DNA of 64,000 nt from Lentilitoribacter sp. GTDB lineage: Bacteria > Pseudomonadota > Alphaproteobacteria > Rhizobiales > Rhizobiaceae. The stretch covers positions 621,385 through 685,384 of the forward strand of contig JBDWQJ010000004.1 of NCBI GenBank assembly GCA_039986595.1. Direction: 5' to 3'. Below the pieces are notes generated by a model, which was not told where the DNA came from, ran no database searches, and saw nothing but the letters and a program-made list of their open reading frames with translations. How positions within the stretch are numbered: the first letter of the stretch is position 1; every line of letters begins with the position of its first letter. Of this stretch, positions 51,294 to 61,098 are shown in pieces. Position numbers and translations under genes: made by a program.

Positions 51294-52031
51294 ATGAAAT
51301 TGATTAAACTTTTGGGTGGGGTTGCACTAGCAGCTGCATTTACAACATCTGCAATGGCTGACGGTCATGCTGTGCGTTTAGGTACAGAAGGTGCATATGC
51401 ACCTTATAACTTCATCAACGATGCTGGTGAAGTTGACGGTTTTGAACGCGAAGTTGGCGATGAGCTATGTAAGCGTGCAAAACTTGATTGTACTTGGGTC
51501 ACAAACGAATGGGATAGCATTATTCCAAACCTGGTTTCTGGCAACTATGATGCTATTATCGCAGGTATGTCGATCACGGCAGAACGTGATGAGGTTATTG
51601 ACTTCACACAGGAGTATTTCCCACCGGATCCATCAACATATGTTGCTGCAGCTGGTGCGAGTATGGACGCAACGAAAGGTAATGTTGCAGCTCAAACAGC
51701 AACAATTCAGGCTTCTTACGTTTCAGATAGTGGTGCGACACTTGTTGAATTTTCAACACCAGATGAAGTTGTTGCAGCTGTGAAAAATGGTGAAGTTGAT
51801 GCAGCTCTTGCTGATGATGCTTTTTGGCAAGATATTGTAAAAGCTTCCAATGGTGAGCTTGTTTTTGTTGGTGAGCCAATTGCAATTGGCGGCGGTATCG
51901 GCATGGGTGTTCGCGAGTCTGATACTGAGCTTAAAGACAAGCTAGATGCGGCAATTGCTGAAATCAAGGCAGACGGTACATTGTCGACAATGATCGCCAA
52001 GTGGTTTGATGGCCGCATGGTCAAATACTAA
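51294..52031 (+). CDS. Polar amino acid ABC transporter substrate-binding protein
   Basis: Signal peptide; GTEGAYAPYN, WDSIIP, AGMSITAER motifs. Confidence 0.93.
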   Translation: MKLIKLLGGVALAAAFTTSAMADGHAVRLGTEGAYAPYNFINDAGEVDGFEREVGDELCKRAKLDCTWVTNEWDSIIPNLVSGNYDAIIAGMSITAERDEVIDFTQEYFPPDPSTYVAAAGASMDATKGNVAAQTATIQASYVSDSGATLVEFSTPDEVVAAVKNGEVDAALADDAFWQDIVKASNGELVFVGEPIAIGGGIGMGVRESDTELKDKLDAAIAEIKADGTLSTMIAKWFDGRMVKY

Positions 52032-52042
52032 ACAACAAAATT

Positions 52043-52071
52043 ATAGGCCGCTATTTTAGCGGCCTATTTTT
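52043..52071 (+). terminator. Intercistronic hairpin after the binding-protein gene
   Basis: ATAGGCCGCTA-TTT-TAGCGGCCTAT followed by TTTT. Confidence 0.75.
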
Positions 52072-52090
52072 ATAAAGATGGCTCGCCTTC

Positions 52091-52954
52091 ATGTTTGAAT
52101 ATTGCGCAGATCCAAAAGTTCTTGAGGGTTTTTCCTGGTGGTCATGTTATTTGACAACCGGAAAGCATATGAATTTTTACACCAGCTTTCTTGTGGTCTT
52201 TGCGCTGTTAGCTATTTGCGTTCCGTTCATTTTATTATTTGGATTCACTGGCGCGTTGGCTCGGCGCTCTCGTATCGCGCCATTCCGCTGGTTTGGCCTT
52301 GCCTATACGTCGATGGTCCGCGGTATCCCCGATATCATATTTTTCCTGTTTGTCCCGATTGCACTTGATCAGGGAATTGAATATCTCAGACATCATGCGA
52401 AATGTTCTGAATGGACAGAACCTATTCGACAAGGCAATGATTTTGTCGTGTGTGCTGCGGCTAAAATGCCGCTTGGACCATCGCCGCAATGGGTACATGA
52501 AACCTACGGATTTTTTCTTGCAGCTTTAGCGTTTGCTATTGTGTTTGGTGCATTTGCGGCCAACACGCTACATGGTGCGTTAGCGGCTGTGCCAAAAAAC
52601 CAGTTAGAAACTGCGGCTGCATTTGGCATGTCGCGAAAGCAAACTTTTTGGCGTATTCATTTGCCACAAATGTGGGTCTATGCGCTTCCAGGTTTATCAA
52701 ATCTCTGGATGATTTTAATCAAGGCCACACCATTATTATTTTTACTCGGCGTTGAAGATATAGTCTATTGGGCGCGTGAATTGGGCGGTTCCAAAACCGA
52801 ACGCTTTGCATATCCGCATGGGGATTGGCGTTTGGGTTATTTCCTTGTGCTGCTGGTATTTTATTTATTGTTATCTTGGGTAAGCGAAAAAGTGTTTGCA
52901 CGTTTGAACTTTAGGGTTTCAAAAGGTCAAGCAATGATTGGAGATCAGGTATGA
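52091..52954 (+). CDS. Amino acid ABC transporter permease
   Basis: YTSMVRGIP, EAA-loop GQ-like NQLETAAAFGMS, LPQMWVYALPG motifs. Confidence 0.9.
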   Translation: MFEYCADPKVLEGFSWWSCYLTTGKHMNFYTSFLVVFALLAICVPFILLFGFTGALARRSRIAPFRWFGLAYTSMVRGIPDIIFFLFVPIALDQGIEYLRHHAKCSEWTEPIRQGNDFVVCAAAKMPLGPSPQWVHETYGFFLAALAFAIVFGAFAANTLHGALAAVPKNQLETAAAFGMSRKQTFWRIHLPQMWVYALPGLSNLWMILIKATPLLFLLGVEDIVYWARELGGSKTERFAYPHGDWRLGYFLVLLVFYLLLSWVSEKVFARLNFRVSKGQAMIGDQV

Positions 52955-53754
52955 GTTGTATGCAGACCATCTCTGATTACGGGTTGCGCGCACTTGGCCT
53001 TGGCGAGCGCGCATTGCCAAGAGCAGATATCACACTATGCGAGCAGGTTGTTCTGATTGGATCAGGTTTAATTTGGAACATCTACTTTGCAGTCATTGCG
53101 CTGTGTTTTGGTTTCTTTCTCGCCTCATCAGTTGCTTTTGCGCGAAATAGTTCAAATCCACTTGTTTGGCGACCGGCTGCATTTTTCATTTTCGTCATTC
53201 GCGGCTCACCGCTATTTATCCAATTCTTCTTACTGTATGAAGCGTTTGTTCTATTGCCGAAAATTGGAATAGACATCAATTTGATATTTGTTGAAATTAC
53301 GGTCGAAACGCGTTGGTTGACGCGCGCATGGCTTGGCGCGACGATTGTACTATTTTTAAACACCACAGCTTATACCGCGCAGATTTTTTATGGTGCTTTG
53401 CGCTCTGTTCCTAAAGGGGAAATAGAAGCTGGCAAAGCCATTGGCATGACAACAAAGCAGATTAATAAGCGCATCATTTGGCCGACAATGTTGCGATTAT
53501 CTTGGGCGTCATACACAAATGAAGCGATATTCTTACTTCATGCGACAGCGCTTGTGTTTTTCTCAAGTTTCCCAGCATGGCGCCAACAAGGTGATGCGTT
53601 GTATTTTGCAAGTTACTTTGCCGATAAAACGTTCAATCCGTTTGTGCCCTATCCAATTATTGCTGGTTATTTTATCGCGCTGACGCTGATTGTAATCATT
53701 ATATTTGGGTGGTTTAATCGTCGATTAAACAGGCACATTAGCAAAAATCATTAG
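52951..53754 (+). CDS. Amino acid ABC transporter permease
   Basis: IRGSPLFIQ, AYTAQIFYGAL, GEIEAGKAIGM motifs. Confidence 0.9.
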   Translation: MSCMQTISDYGLRALGLGERALPRADITLCEQVVLIGSGLIWNIYFAVIALCFGFFLASSVAFARNSSNPLVWRPAAFFIFVIRGSPLFIQFFLLYEAFVLLPKIGIDINLIFVEITVETRWLTRAWLGATIVLFLNTTAYTAQIFYGALRSVPKGEIEAGKAIGMTTKQINKRIIWPTMLRLSWASYTNEAIFLLHATALVFFSSFPAWRQQGDALYFASYFADKTFNPFVPYPIIAGYFIALTLIVIIIFGWFNRRLNRHISKNH

Positions 53755-53762
53755 TTTCAAAA

Positions 53763-54449
53763 CTAGACGACTTTACAATCGATGCTCCCTACGCCTTCAA
53801 CAAATCCTTGTATTAGATCACCGCGTTGAACCGGTCCAACGCCTGCAGGTGTTCCCGTCATAATGATGTCGCCGGCAGCCAATTCAAAAAGACCAGATAG
53901 ATAGGAAATTGTTTCTTCGACGTTCCAGATCATCTGTTCAATTTTTCCCGATTGTTTGCGTTCGCCATTGATATCAAGCCAGATTTCGCCAGTTTCAATA
54001 TGACCGCAAGTGTCAACCGGGATGATATTGGTGCAAGGCGCAGAATGCTCAAAAGCTTTGCCAATTTCCCATGGGCGGCCGAGCTTTTTCATCTCACCTT
54101 GTAGATCGCGCCGTGTCATATCAATGCCAACCGCATATCCAAAAATACAGGATTTTGCTTCCTCCAATGATAGATCAATTCCACCTTTTTTAAGCCCTAC
54201 GACCAATTCAATCTCGTGATGAACATCTTTGGTTTTCGCTGGATATGGAAAATCTGCATTGTCTAGCAGCAGGTTATTCGGGTTTTTTTGGAAAAAGAAC
54301 GGTGGATCTCGATCAGGATCATGGCCCATCTCACGCGCATGTTCAGCATAGTTTCGGCCAACGCAATAGACACGTCGAACCGGAAATGCCTGATCAGAAC
54401 CTTCAATTGGAATAAAGCTTTGCGGAGCTGGGTTGAAAATATAATCCAT
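53763..54449 (-). CDS. Fumarylacetoacetate hydrolase family protein
   Basis: YCVGRNYAEH, HHEIEL, DMTRRDLQ, KAFE, TGTPAGVG motifs. Confidence 0.92.
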   Translation of the reverse strand: MDYIFNPAPQSFIPIEGSDQAFPVRRVYCVGRNYAEHAREMGHDPDRDPPFFFQKNPNNLLLDNADFPYPAKTKDVHHEIELVVGLKKGGIDLSLEEAKSCIFGYAVGIDMTRRDLQGEMKKLGRPWEIGKAFEHSAPCTNIIPVDTCGHIETGEIWLDINGERKQSGKIEQMIWNVEETISYLSGLFELAAGDIIMTGTPAGVGPVQRGDLIQGFVEGVGSIDCKVV

Positions 54450-54529
54450 AAGTGTTTGCGATCCTTGTTTTTAGTCTTCGTGCCATAGCATCAATTGCCA
54501 GACACGAAAACAATCAAGTCAAAGATTGG

Positions 54530-54829
54530 CTAAATTTCCATCTCGCCAATGATCGCAGCCCAGCTCGCACCATGCATATCTCGGTCTCGGATAGAGCCTT
54601 GAATTTGCGGACGCGGCAGACTGATCTTCAACACATTAAGAGATGCAATTTCAAACCGTTTGAGCTCAGTTTCATCAACATCAAGTATATTGGCAATATA
54701 GATATTGGATAGATTTTCACACACATCTTGGAAGACGGTTTTCTCACCGCAAAAAATATCAATCGTCAGCCAAAAAGGTCCCGCGTTCTTTGATCGAACC
54801 TTTTCAGCTTTATCTCTAAGACGTGCCAT
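54530..54829 (-). CDS. DUF4387 family protein
   Basis: VRSKNAGPFWLTIDIF, KISLPRP, DRDMHG motifs; 14-nt overlap with the upstream AtuA-family gene. Confidence 0.85.
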   Translation of the reverse strand: MARLRDKAEKVRSKNAGPFWLTIDIFCGEKTVFQDVCENLSNIYIANILDVDETELKRFEIASLNVLKISLPRPQIQGSIRDRDMHGASWAAIIGEMEI

Positions 54830-56183
54830 TTTTCACCTCAATAACATCAAGCGAAAATGCATCCATGGGATGATCTAGTTGTAAGACATGGTTTAATCCA
54901 AATTCATAAACCGGCCCGACATCAATCTCAGCCGGAGAGAACGGAAATGCAAATGTCGGCACTTCTTCTTCCTTGGTTAGTGGATGATGCAACAAATAAG
55001 GATTGAGAATTTTGGCAATCTCTTTTGCCAGAGCCGCAGTTTGAGCAGTGACAATGCCCATCACGCCAATTTCAGATGCGGCAACTGGGTTTTTATCAAT
55101 GGATCCAAGCGTTGCGTTTTTTCCGATCAATCGCAGTTCGATATCAAAATCATCTTTTGTGAGATCCAAACGATCCAACACTTTAGCTGAACAAAGCTCG
55201 CTGATATCAGATGTCCATTGATCGATATGATCGACGTAATGGCTGTCGCGGACGAGTGCCATAATCATCACTTGATAACCTGTGATGCGTGAGCCCTCGA
55301 GCTTAACTGTGTAGTTATCAGATGGCACCCATTTTGCACCCTCAACGCGCACGGATTTTTGGTCGATGGCTGAATAGTTGGCCTCAGTTACATCCAAATG
55401 CCCACCTGGCTCATATAAAATGAACGGATTTGAATTCTCGTAAAGCATGTGTGCAGATACTGTGTGAGGTGTCGCCTTTGCATTATCTGCCATTGGGGTA
55501 ACAGTGAAACCTTCGTGATCAAAGTCAACCAGAATGACACCTGATTGCGGATTGGTTGCACAAAGTGCGCCGCATTCTGCAATCTTAGCTCCATGCCAAG
55601 CTGCTCCGGTGTGGCAATTATTTTGTATGGGAAGCGCTGCGATAATGGCGGTATCTGTTGTGCGCCCAGCAATGATAATATCAGCGCCTGTATTTAAAGC
55701 TTCAGTGATCTGTTCAACACCTGCGAGCGCGACGATATTCTCAAAAGTCTCAATATCATTTTCATGCAGCTTAGGTGCGTGTTCTAAAGGAGAAATTTTA
55801 TCTGATTTAAACGCGGTTTTGATGTCGGATTTGTCCTGCGAGGATTTGAGCACTGCGATTTTGACATTCTGTCCCAATTCATCCGCGATTTCCTTTGTAA
55901 TGTCGACAAGCCAATCAACAGCACTATCTGCACCACATGTTCCCGCCGTGCCAATGACAAGCGGAACGCCAGCTTCTGCGCGGGCTTCCATCAAACCTTT
56001 CCATTCAATTTTGGTCGAGCTTCTTGAATATTTTGAGATCCCGCACCCTAAATATGAGGGTCCGGAATCCGTTGAACCACCATCAATCGCGATAATGTCA
56101 GGCTTTGTAGCAATCGCTCGCTGCAAAGCCTGTTTGTCATAGTTCAGTCCTAATGCACCCGATGGTACAACTACTTTTGTCAT
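54816..56183 (-). CDS. AtuA family (DUF1446) protein
   Basis: DGGSTDSGP, GTAG, GADIIIAGRTTD, WHGAKIAECG, HMLYENSNP motifs. Confidence 0.85.
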   Translation of the reverse strand: MTKVVVPSGALGLNYDKQALQRAIATKPDIIAIDGGSTDSGPSYLGCGISKYSRSSTKIEWKGLMEARAEAGVPLVIGTAGTCGADSAVDWLVDITKEIADELGQNVKIAVLKSSQDKSDIKTAFKSDKISPLEHAPKLHENDIETFENIVALAGVEQITEALNTGADIIIAGRTTDTAIIAALPIQNNCHTGAAWHGAKIAECGALCATNPQSGVILVDFDHEGFTVTPMADNAKATPHTVSAHMLYENSNPFILYEPGGHLDVTEANYSAIDQKSVRVEGAKWVPSDNYTVKLEGSRITGYQVMIMALVRDSHYVDHIDQWTSDISELCSAKVLDRLDLTKDDFDIELRLIGKNATLGSIDKNPVAASEIGVMGIVTAQTAALAKEIAKILNPYLLHHPLTKEEEVPTFAFPFSPAEIDVGPVYEFGLNHVLQLDHPMDAFSLDVIEVKNGTS

Positions 56184-56186
56184 TAT

Positions 56187-57692
56187 TTAATCCGTAACGG
56201 CTTGAGGTTTTTTTAAGATATTGCGCAAGAACATTGGCGCAATGAAACCAGCAAATGCTGCAACCCAAAGTCCGATTGCAATCCAACTTGAGAAGAGATA
56301 ACTCGGATCACCATCAGATAATGTCATTGCTCTTCGCAACGCATCTTCCATGTTGCCGCCCAGCAAAATACCTAAAATGACAGGCACCGTCGGTACATCA
56401 AGTTTGCGAAGAAAATAACCTAGAACACCAAATCCGATCATAAGTAATAGATCGAAATAGCTGCCTGAGAGTGAATATATTCCAACGAAGGAAACCATTG
56501 TCACGCCTGGCAATAGAACCCATGCCGGAACAGTTAGGATTTTGACGAAAATCTTCACCATCGGAACATTCATCAAAAGCAAGACGATATTTGCAATTAA
56601 AAGCGAAGCGATTAATCCCCAAACCACATCTGGGTTTTCGCGGAACAATGTTGGACCGGGTGTAATGTTGAGTGTCATTAATAGCGCAAGCAACACCGCC
56701 GTTGTGCCAGAACCTGGCACCCCAAGCGTGAGCATTGGAACCAATGCGCCACCAGCTGCGGAGTTATTTCCTGCTTCAGGAGCCGCAACGCCTTTTGGTA
56801 CGCCTGTCCCAAATCCACCTTTTTCACCAGCGATAGATTTTTCAGTCATATAGGCCATAAACGAGCCCAATGATGCACCAGCACCTGGAAGCACGCCTGC
56901 AACAAAGCCAACAAGAGACGCACGGAGCATCGTCCATTTTGTCGCCATGATATCTTTCCATGGGATGCGGACTTTATCTAAAACTACGCCGATGGCAGAA
57001 CCTTTGCCGTGGTTTTCAATGAAGAAAAAAACTTCAGCAATTGCAAATAGGCCAACGATAGCAACAAGGAAATCGATCCCATCAAATAGGTGTAAATTTC
57101 CACCTGTTAGACGCGGTAGACCCGATGAGCTATCAACGCCGATCATTGCGATACCCAAACCAATGCAGGCTGCGATCGCGCTTTTTGCCTGATTGTTAGA
57201 CGCCATGCCGCCTAATGTACAAAACGCCAAAAGGTAAAGTGCAAAATATTCAGCTGGTCCAAATAAGAAGGCAACGCGTGCAAGGACAGGAGCAAGTAAC
57301 ATAAGGCCGATTGTTGCCAAAAATGCACCCACAAATGATGCCACCCCTGAGAGCACGAGGGCATCTCCCGCGCGACCTGCTTTGGCCATGGGGTAACCAT
57401 CCAATGTGGTCATAAGCGCAGGTTCATCACCTGGAATATTTAACAGAATTGAACTAATGCGGCCGCCATACATGGCGCCATAATAAACCGATGTCATCAA
57501 TACAAGCGCAGCTGTCGCATCAAGACCGAGTGTAAATGTGATAGGAATAAGTATCGCAACACCATTTGATGGCCCTAAACCAGGAAGTGCGCCGATAATT
57601 GTGCCTAAGAAGCAGCCAACAATCGCTAGCATAAGAGTGTATGGCGATAGAGCTACAGAGAATCCGAGCGCCAAATTGGAAAGAATATCCAT
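56187..57692 (-). CDS. tctA: Tripartite tricarboxylate transporter large permease
   Basis: GALPGLG, YGGRISSILLNIPG, PEAGNN, TLGVPGS motifs. Confidence 0.95.
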   Translation of the reverse strand: MDILSNLALGFSVALSPYTLMLAIVGCFLGTIIGALPGLGPSNGVAILIPITFTLGLDATAALVLMTSVYYGAMYGGRISSILLNIPGDEPALMTTLDGYPMAKAGRAGDALVLSGVASFVGAFLATIGLMLLAPVLARVAFLFGPAEYFALYLLAFCTLGGMASNNQAKSAIAACIGLGIAMIGVDSSSGLPRLTGGNLHLFDGIDFLVAIVGLFAIAEVFFFIENHGKGSAIGVVLDKVRIPWKDIMATKWTMLRASLVGFVAGVLPGAGASLGSFMAYMTEKSIAGEKGGFGTGVPKGVAAPEAGNNSAAGGALVPMLTLGVPGSGTTAVLLALLMTLNITPGPTLFRENPDVVWGLIASLLIANIVLLLMNVPMVKIFVKILTVPAWVLLPGVTMVSFVGIYSLSGSYFDLLLMIGFGVLGYFLRKLDVPTVPVILGILLGGNMEDALRRAMTLSDGDPSYLFSSWIAIGLWVAAFAGFIAPMFLRNILKKPQAVTD

Positions 57693-57693
57693 A

Positions 57694-58185
57694 TTAGTGT
57701 CCGCCTACAAATGGAATGAGAATAGTCAGCGCGTCCCAAAGGTCAGCAAATGAAGGGATTTTATAAGCCACAATATTGCCAAGTCCTAATGCGTATTTGA
57801 ACAGCGCAAACAAGACCAGTGCCAAACCTAAACCGCTAAGAGCAGCGTTTTTTATATTCGGGGAAATTTGATAGCTGATAATTCCGGCTGCGAACATAGT
57901 TGGCAAAATAAATCCCAATGGCGTAATCATAACGGCATAAATGGATAAAACTGCAACAGCAATAGCCATGTTTATCCATGTTGGCGACTGCGGCCATTCT
58001 GGGTTTGGATCTGGTTTAAAAATAAGAACTAGTGATGAAAGAGCGGCAATTGCGCCGATCAAAAATGGAAAAAGTTTCGGAAGAAACTGACCCGAAAACA
58101 GATTTGTCTGAATCTGAGTGGCAGCCGCGATATACGCGACTGCTGTGATCAGGGTAATCAGACCAAAAATACGGTCTGATGCCAT
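57694..58185 (-). CDS. tctB: Tripartite tricarboxylate transporter small permease
   Basis: Four to five TM segments between tctC and tctA; PKLFP motif. Confidence 0.85.
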   Translation of the reverse strand: MASDRIFGLITLITAVAYIAAATQIQTNLFSGQFLPKLFPFLIGAIAALSSLVLIFKPDPNPEWPQSPTWINMAIAVAVLSIYAVMITPLGFILPTMFAAGIISYQISPNIKNAALSGLGLALVLFALFKYALGLGNIVAYKIPSFADLWDALTILIPFVGGH

Positions 58186-59153
58186 TACTGGATAACCCCG
58201 AGTTCTTTAGACATTGCATTAATGTCTGAAACTAATCCATCAACATATGACTGGAAATCGCCACCAACTTTTGTAAATGGTGCGAGGCCATTTGCAGCCA
58301 TTGCTTCTGCCCATTCAGGACTATCGGCAACTTGTTGCAATTTACCTGCCCAGTCGTTGAACTGATCATCAGAGATACCTTTTGGCACATAAAGACCACG
58401 CCAGTTTACAGCAACAACGTCAAAGCCTTGCTCTTTTGCAGTTGGGATGTCGTCAAAACCTGGGACACGCTCATCTGTTAGAACAGCAATAACGCGAATG
58501 TCACCATTTGCTAGGAAGCTTACGATTTCAGACATGTCACCAGTCATTGCTTGTGTAAAGCCACCAACTGTTTGTGTGATCGCATCTGCGCCACCATCAA
58601 CACCGATATATTTTACTTTGGTGATGTCAGTGAAGCCAGCTTCTTTAAGAACCATCAATGGTTTGAGGTGATCAAAACCACCAACTGCTGAACCGCCAGC
58701 AAATGCAACTGAACCTGGATCTGCCAAAATAGCGTCCACAAGATCGTTCAAAGACTGGTATTTGCTGTCTGCAGCAACTGCGATTACGCCAGGGTCAGCA
58801 CCGATAGCGCCAACAAAGCGAACTTGGTCAGCTGTCATGCCTGCATAAGCATTTTGCGCAAGACGTGTTGTTGTTGCAGATGAAGCTGCGACGATCAAAT
58901 CAGCATCGCTGCTGCGTTCGCCGACAACGTGGTTGTAAGCCAAACCACCACCAGCACCTGGCATGTTGGTAACCTGTACAGGTTTATCAACGGCTTTGAT
59001 GTCATACATGATCTTACCGATTTGGCGACATGTGAAATCCCAACCACCGCCAGGGTTAGCTGGCGCAATACACTCAGCTGCAATTGAAGTTGTGAGCATT
59101 GCAGCACTTATAACCGCGCCGTATGCCGCGGTTTTCATAAACTTAAGTTTCAT
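58185..59153 (-). CDS. tctC: Tripartite tricarboxylate transporter binding protein
   Basis: CIAPANPGGGWDFTCR, NMPGAGG, NWRG motifs; signal peptide. Confidence 0.93.
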   Translation of the reverse strand: MKLKFMKTAAYGAVISAAMLTTSIAAECIAPANPGGGWDFTCRQIGKIMYDIKAVDKPVQVTNMPGAGGGLAYNHVVGERSSDADLIVAASSATTTRLAQNAYAGMTADQVRFVGAIGADPGVIAVAADSKYQSLNDLVDAILADPGSVAFAGGSAVGGFDHLKPLMVLKEAGFTDITKVKYIGVDGGADAITQTVGGFTQAMTGDMSEIVSFLANGDIRVIAVLTDERVPGFDDIPTAKEQGFDVVAVNWRGLYVPKGISDDQFNDWAGKLQQVADSPEWAEAMAANGLAPFTKVGGDFQSYVDGLVSDINAMSKELGVIQ

Positions 59154-59192
59154 TGATTCCTCCCAATGATAGGCATCCGCGTTTTTGCGGAG

Positions 59193-59233
59193 CTGACAAA
59201 GCTAACCACATAAAACTGTCATCTAGCTGACAC
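59193..59233. promoter_or_regulatory. CTGWCA repeats upstream of tctC, candidate response-regulator sites
   Basis: CTGACA 59193, CTGTCA 59216, CTGACA 59227 (last two 11 bp apart). Confidence 0.45.
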
Positions 59234-59276
59234 CGGTGAAAAGAATCATTTTGAGGAAAATTGTCGGGTTCTTAAT

Positions 59277-60356
59277 CTAGTTTCCGCGCAGGGCTGTATT
59301 CCATAGCGAGATGAAACGAGATCTTTTGACCTGATCAAGGTAGGCAATTAATCCCGGACCTATTGAAATCGGTCGCAATTGACTTCCCATACGATCGCGT
59401 AAGGTGGATGCGGTGTTACTTCCAAAGACATCGGGGTGAAGTGCTGGGAGTTTAACATCATTTGCCATCACCGCCTGACCGTTTTTTGACATCAAAAATG
59501 ATAACAGTGTTTTGCCAAGTTCCGCATTTGCAGCAGCTTGCGGGATGAGGGCAATGCGCGACATCACAATCGTATAATCTTCGAGCATGATAATCCCAAG
59601 GTCAGGGTTTTGACGCACCCAGTTTTCTGCGTAAGAGCCAACGATGTTATAACCTAATACAAAACGTCCATCTGATACGCGTTCTAGGATTGACGATGAG
59701 TTTGAATAGAGTTTGACCCCGGTTGAACCCATGGCGCTGACTAAATCCCAAATGTTACGATTGTGCTCTTGATCACGCGCAAGGATCAAAAATCCAAAGC
59801 CTGATCGCTCAATGTCATAAGTCGCGATTTTCCCATAAAATTCATCGTCATTGTTTTTTAAAAGCGCCACCAGATCAGAGCGGTTTTTGGGAGGCGAGAT
59901 CTTTTTAAAACTCGGCTTGTGATAAACCAAAACCGATGGCTCATAGGTTAAGCCAAAAGCTGAATTTCGCCATTTTGCCCAGCTTGGCCAATTATCAGTA
60001 TCTGCGTTAAAGCTGGTTTGCGCATAGCCGTCATTGACGAGTTTCACCTGTAAATCCATCGCTGATGATAAGACTAGATCAGCGGTTTTCTCTCCATTAT
60101 CGGTTTCGCGGATAACCCGCTCATATATATCGAGTGACTGAAGGTCTTCATATAAAATTGCAACATTTGGGTTTTGTTCTTGAAATGCAGCAATCAACGG
60201 TTTTGACGCATCTTCATCAAGGGATGAATATACTACAAGCGTTTGCACATTTGGTCCGTCATTAAATGCAGGAAAAAGGGTTTGCGCAGCTATAGGAGCG
60301 CAAGCAAGAATGCTTGCTATAATTCCAGCGATGATGAAATAAATTTTGGTTTTCAA
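59277..60356 (-). CDS. Orphan periplasmic binding protein (AfuA/Fe3+-type fold)
   Basis: Signal peptide; VVYSSLD, SSAMDLQVKL, RSGFG, GYNIVGSY motifs; TTG 60356 follows GAAGGGG (ORF extends to 60371); no adjacent ABC permease. Confidence 0.82.
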   Translation of the reverse strand: MKTKIYFIIAGIIASILACAPIAAQTLFPAFNDGPNVQTLVVYSSLDEDASKPLIAAFQEQNPNVAILYEDLQSLDIYERVIRETDNGEKTADLVLSSAMDLQVKLVNDGYAQTSFNADTDNWPSWAKWRNSAFGLTYEPSVLVYHKPSFKKISPPKNRSDLVALLKNNDDEFYGKIATYDIERSGFGFLILARDQEHNRNIWDLVSAMGSTGVKLYSNSSSILERVSDGRFVLGYNIVGSYAENWVRQNPDLGIIMLEDYTIVMSRIALIPQAAANAELGKTLLSFLMSKNGQAVMANDVKLPALHPDVFGSNTASTLRDRMGSQLRPISIGPGLIAYLDQVKRSRFISLWNTALRGN

Positions 60357-60425
60357 GAAAAACCCCTTCAAAAATCGATTTTACATTCAAAAAATATGTG
60401 TTTTATTGCTGCTTCGGGAGAAACA

Positions 60426-61097
60426 ATGCGTATTTTAGTCGTCGAAGACAATAAAAAACTTGGTCAAGGTTTGAAACACTTGCTCAATGACAGTAGTTTT
60501 GTTGCGGATTTGGTTGTGGATGGCGATGGAGCTCTGTCAGCTGCAGCGGCATTTAATTATGATCTCATCATTTTAGATTTAAGCCTGCCAGATATTGACG
60601 GTTTACAGGTTCTAAAAGAAATTCGTGCCAAAAGAAGTCTTGTTCCTGTACTTATCCTCACTGCCCGTGGTGGCCTTGATGATCGCATAAAAGGGCTTGA
60701 TATTGGTGCGGATGATTACATGTCCAAACCATTTGAATGGAGTGAGTTGGAAGCACGCATTCGCGCTTTGTTGCGCCGCTCGCAGGCTGTGAAAACTTCG
60801 CAACTTGAATTTGGTCAGATTAGCTTGGATCTAAAAACCAATCAGGTTTTTGCTAATGAAAAATCGATTGAGTTGCCAGCGCGCGAAACCAATGTGTTGC
60901 GTGAATTACTCATTGCCAATGGGCGTATTTTATCCAAGTCGCGGTTGATTGAGACACTATCGAGTTTTGACGAAGACATCAGTGAAAACGCAATTGAACA
61001 ATATATCTCTCGTTTGAGAAAGCGCCTTGTTACCTATGGTTTGACGATAAAAACTGCTCGTGGTTTGGGCTATTATTTGCAGATGCTTGAAGCGTGA
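60426..61097 (+). CDS. tctD: OmpR-family response regulator, TctD-like
   Basis: MRILVVED, ILDLSLPD, GADDYMSKPF, TARGLGY; ATG 60426 follows GGGAG. Confidence 0.85.
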   Translation: MRILVVEDNKKLGQGLKHLLNDSSFVADLVVDGDGALSAAAAFNYDLIILDLSLPDIDGLQVLKEIRAKRSLVPVLILTARGGLDDRIKGLDIGADDYMSKPFEWSELEARIRALLRRSQAVKTSQLEFGQISLDLKTNQVFANEKSIELPARETNVLRELLIANGRILSKSRLIETLSSFDEDISENAIEQYISRLRKRLVTYGLTIKTARGLGYYLQMLEA

Positions 61098-61098
61098 T

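Noticed and set aside
55534-56142. 202-aa antisense ORF in the AtuA-family gene
   Set aside because: Typical reverse-frame shadow.
60243-60425. 61-residue N-terminal extension of the response regulator in the ORF track
   Set aside because: It overlaps the divergent binding-protein gene; the receiver domain starts at ATG 60426 with a good RBS.
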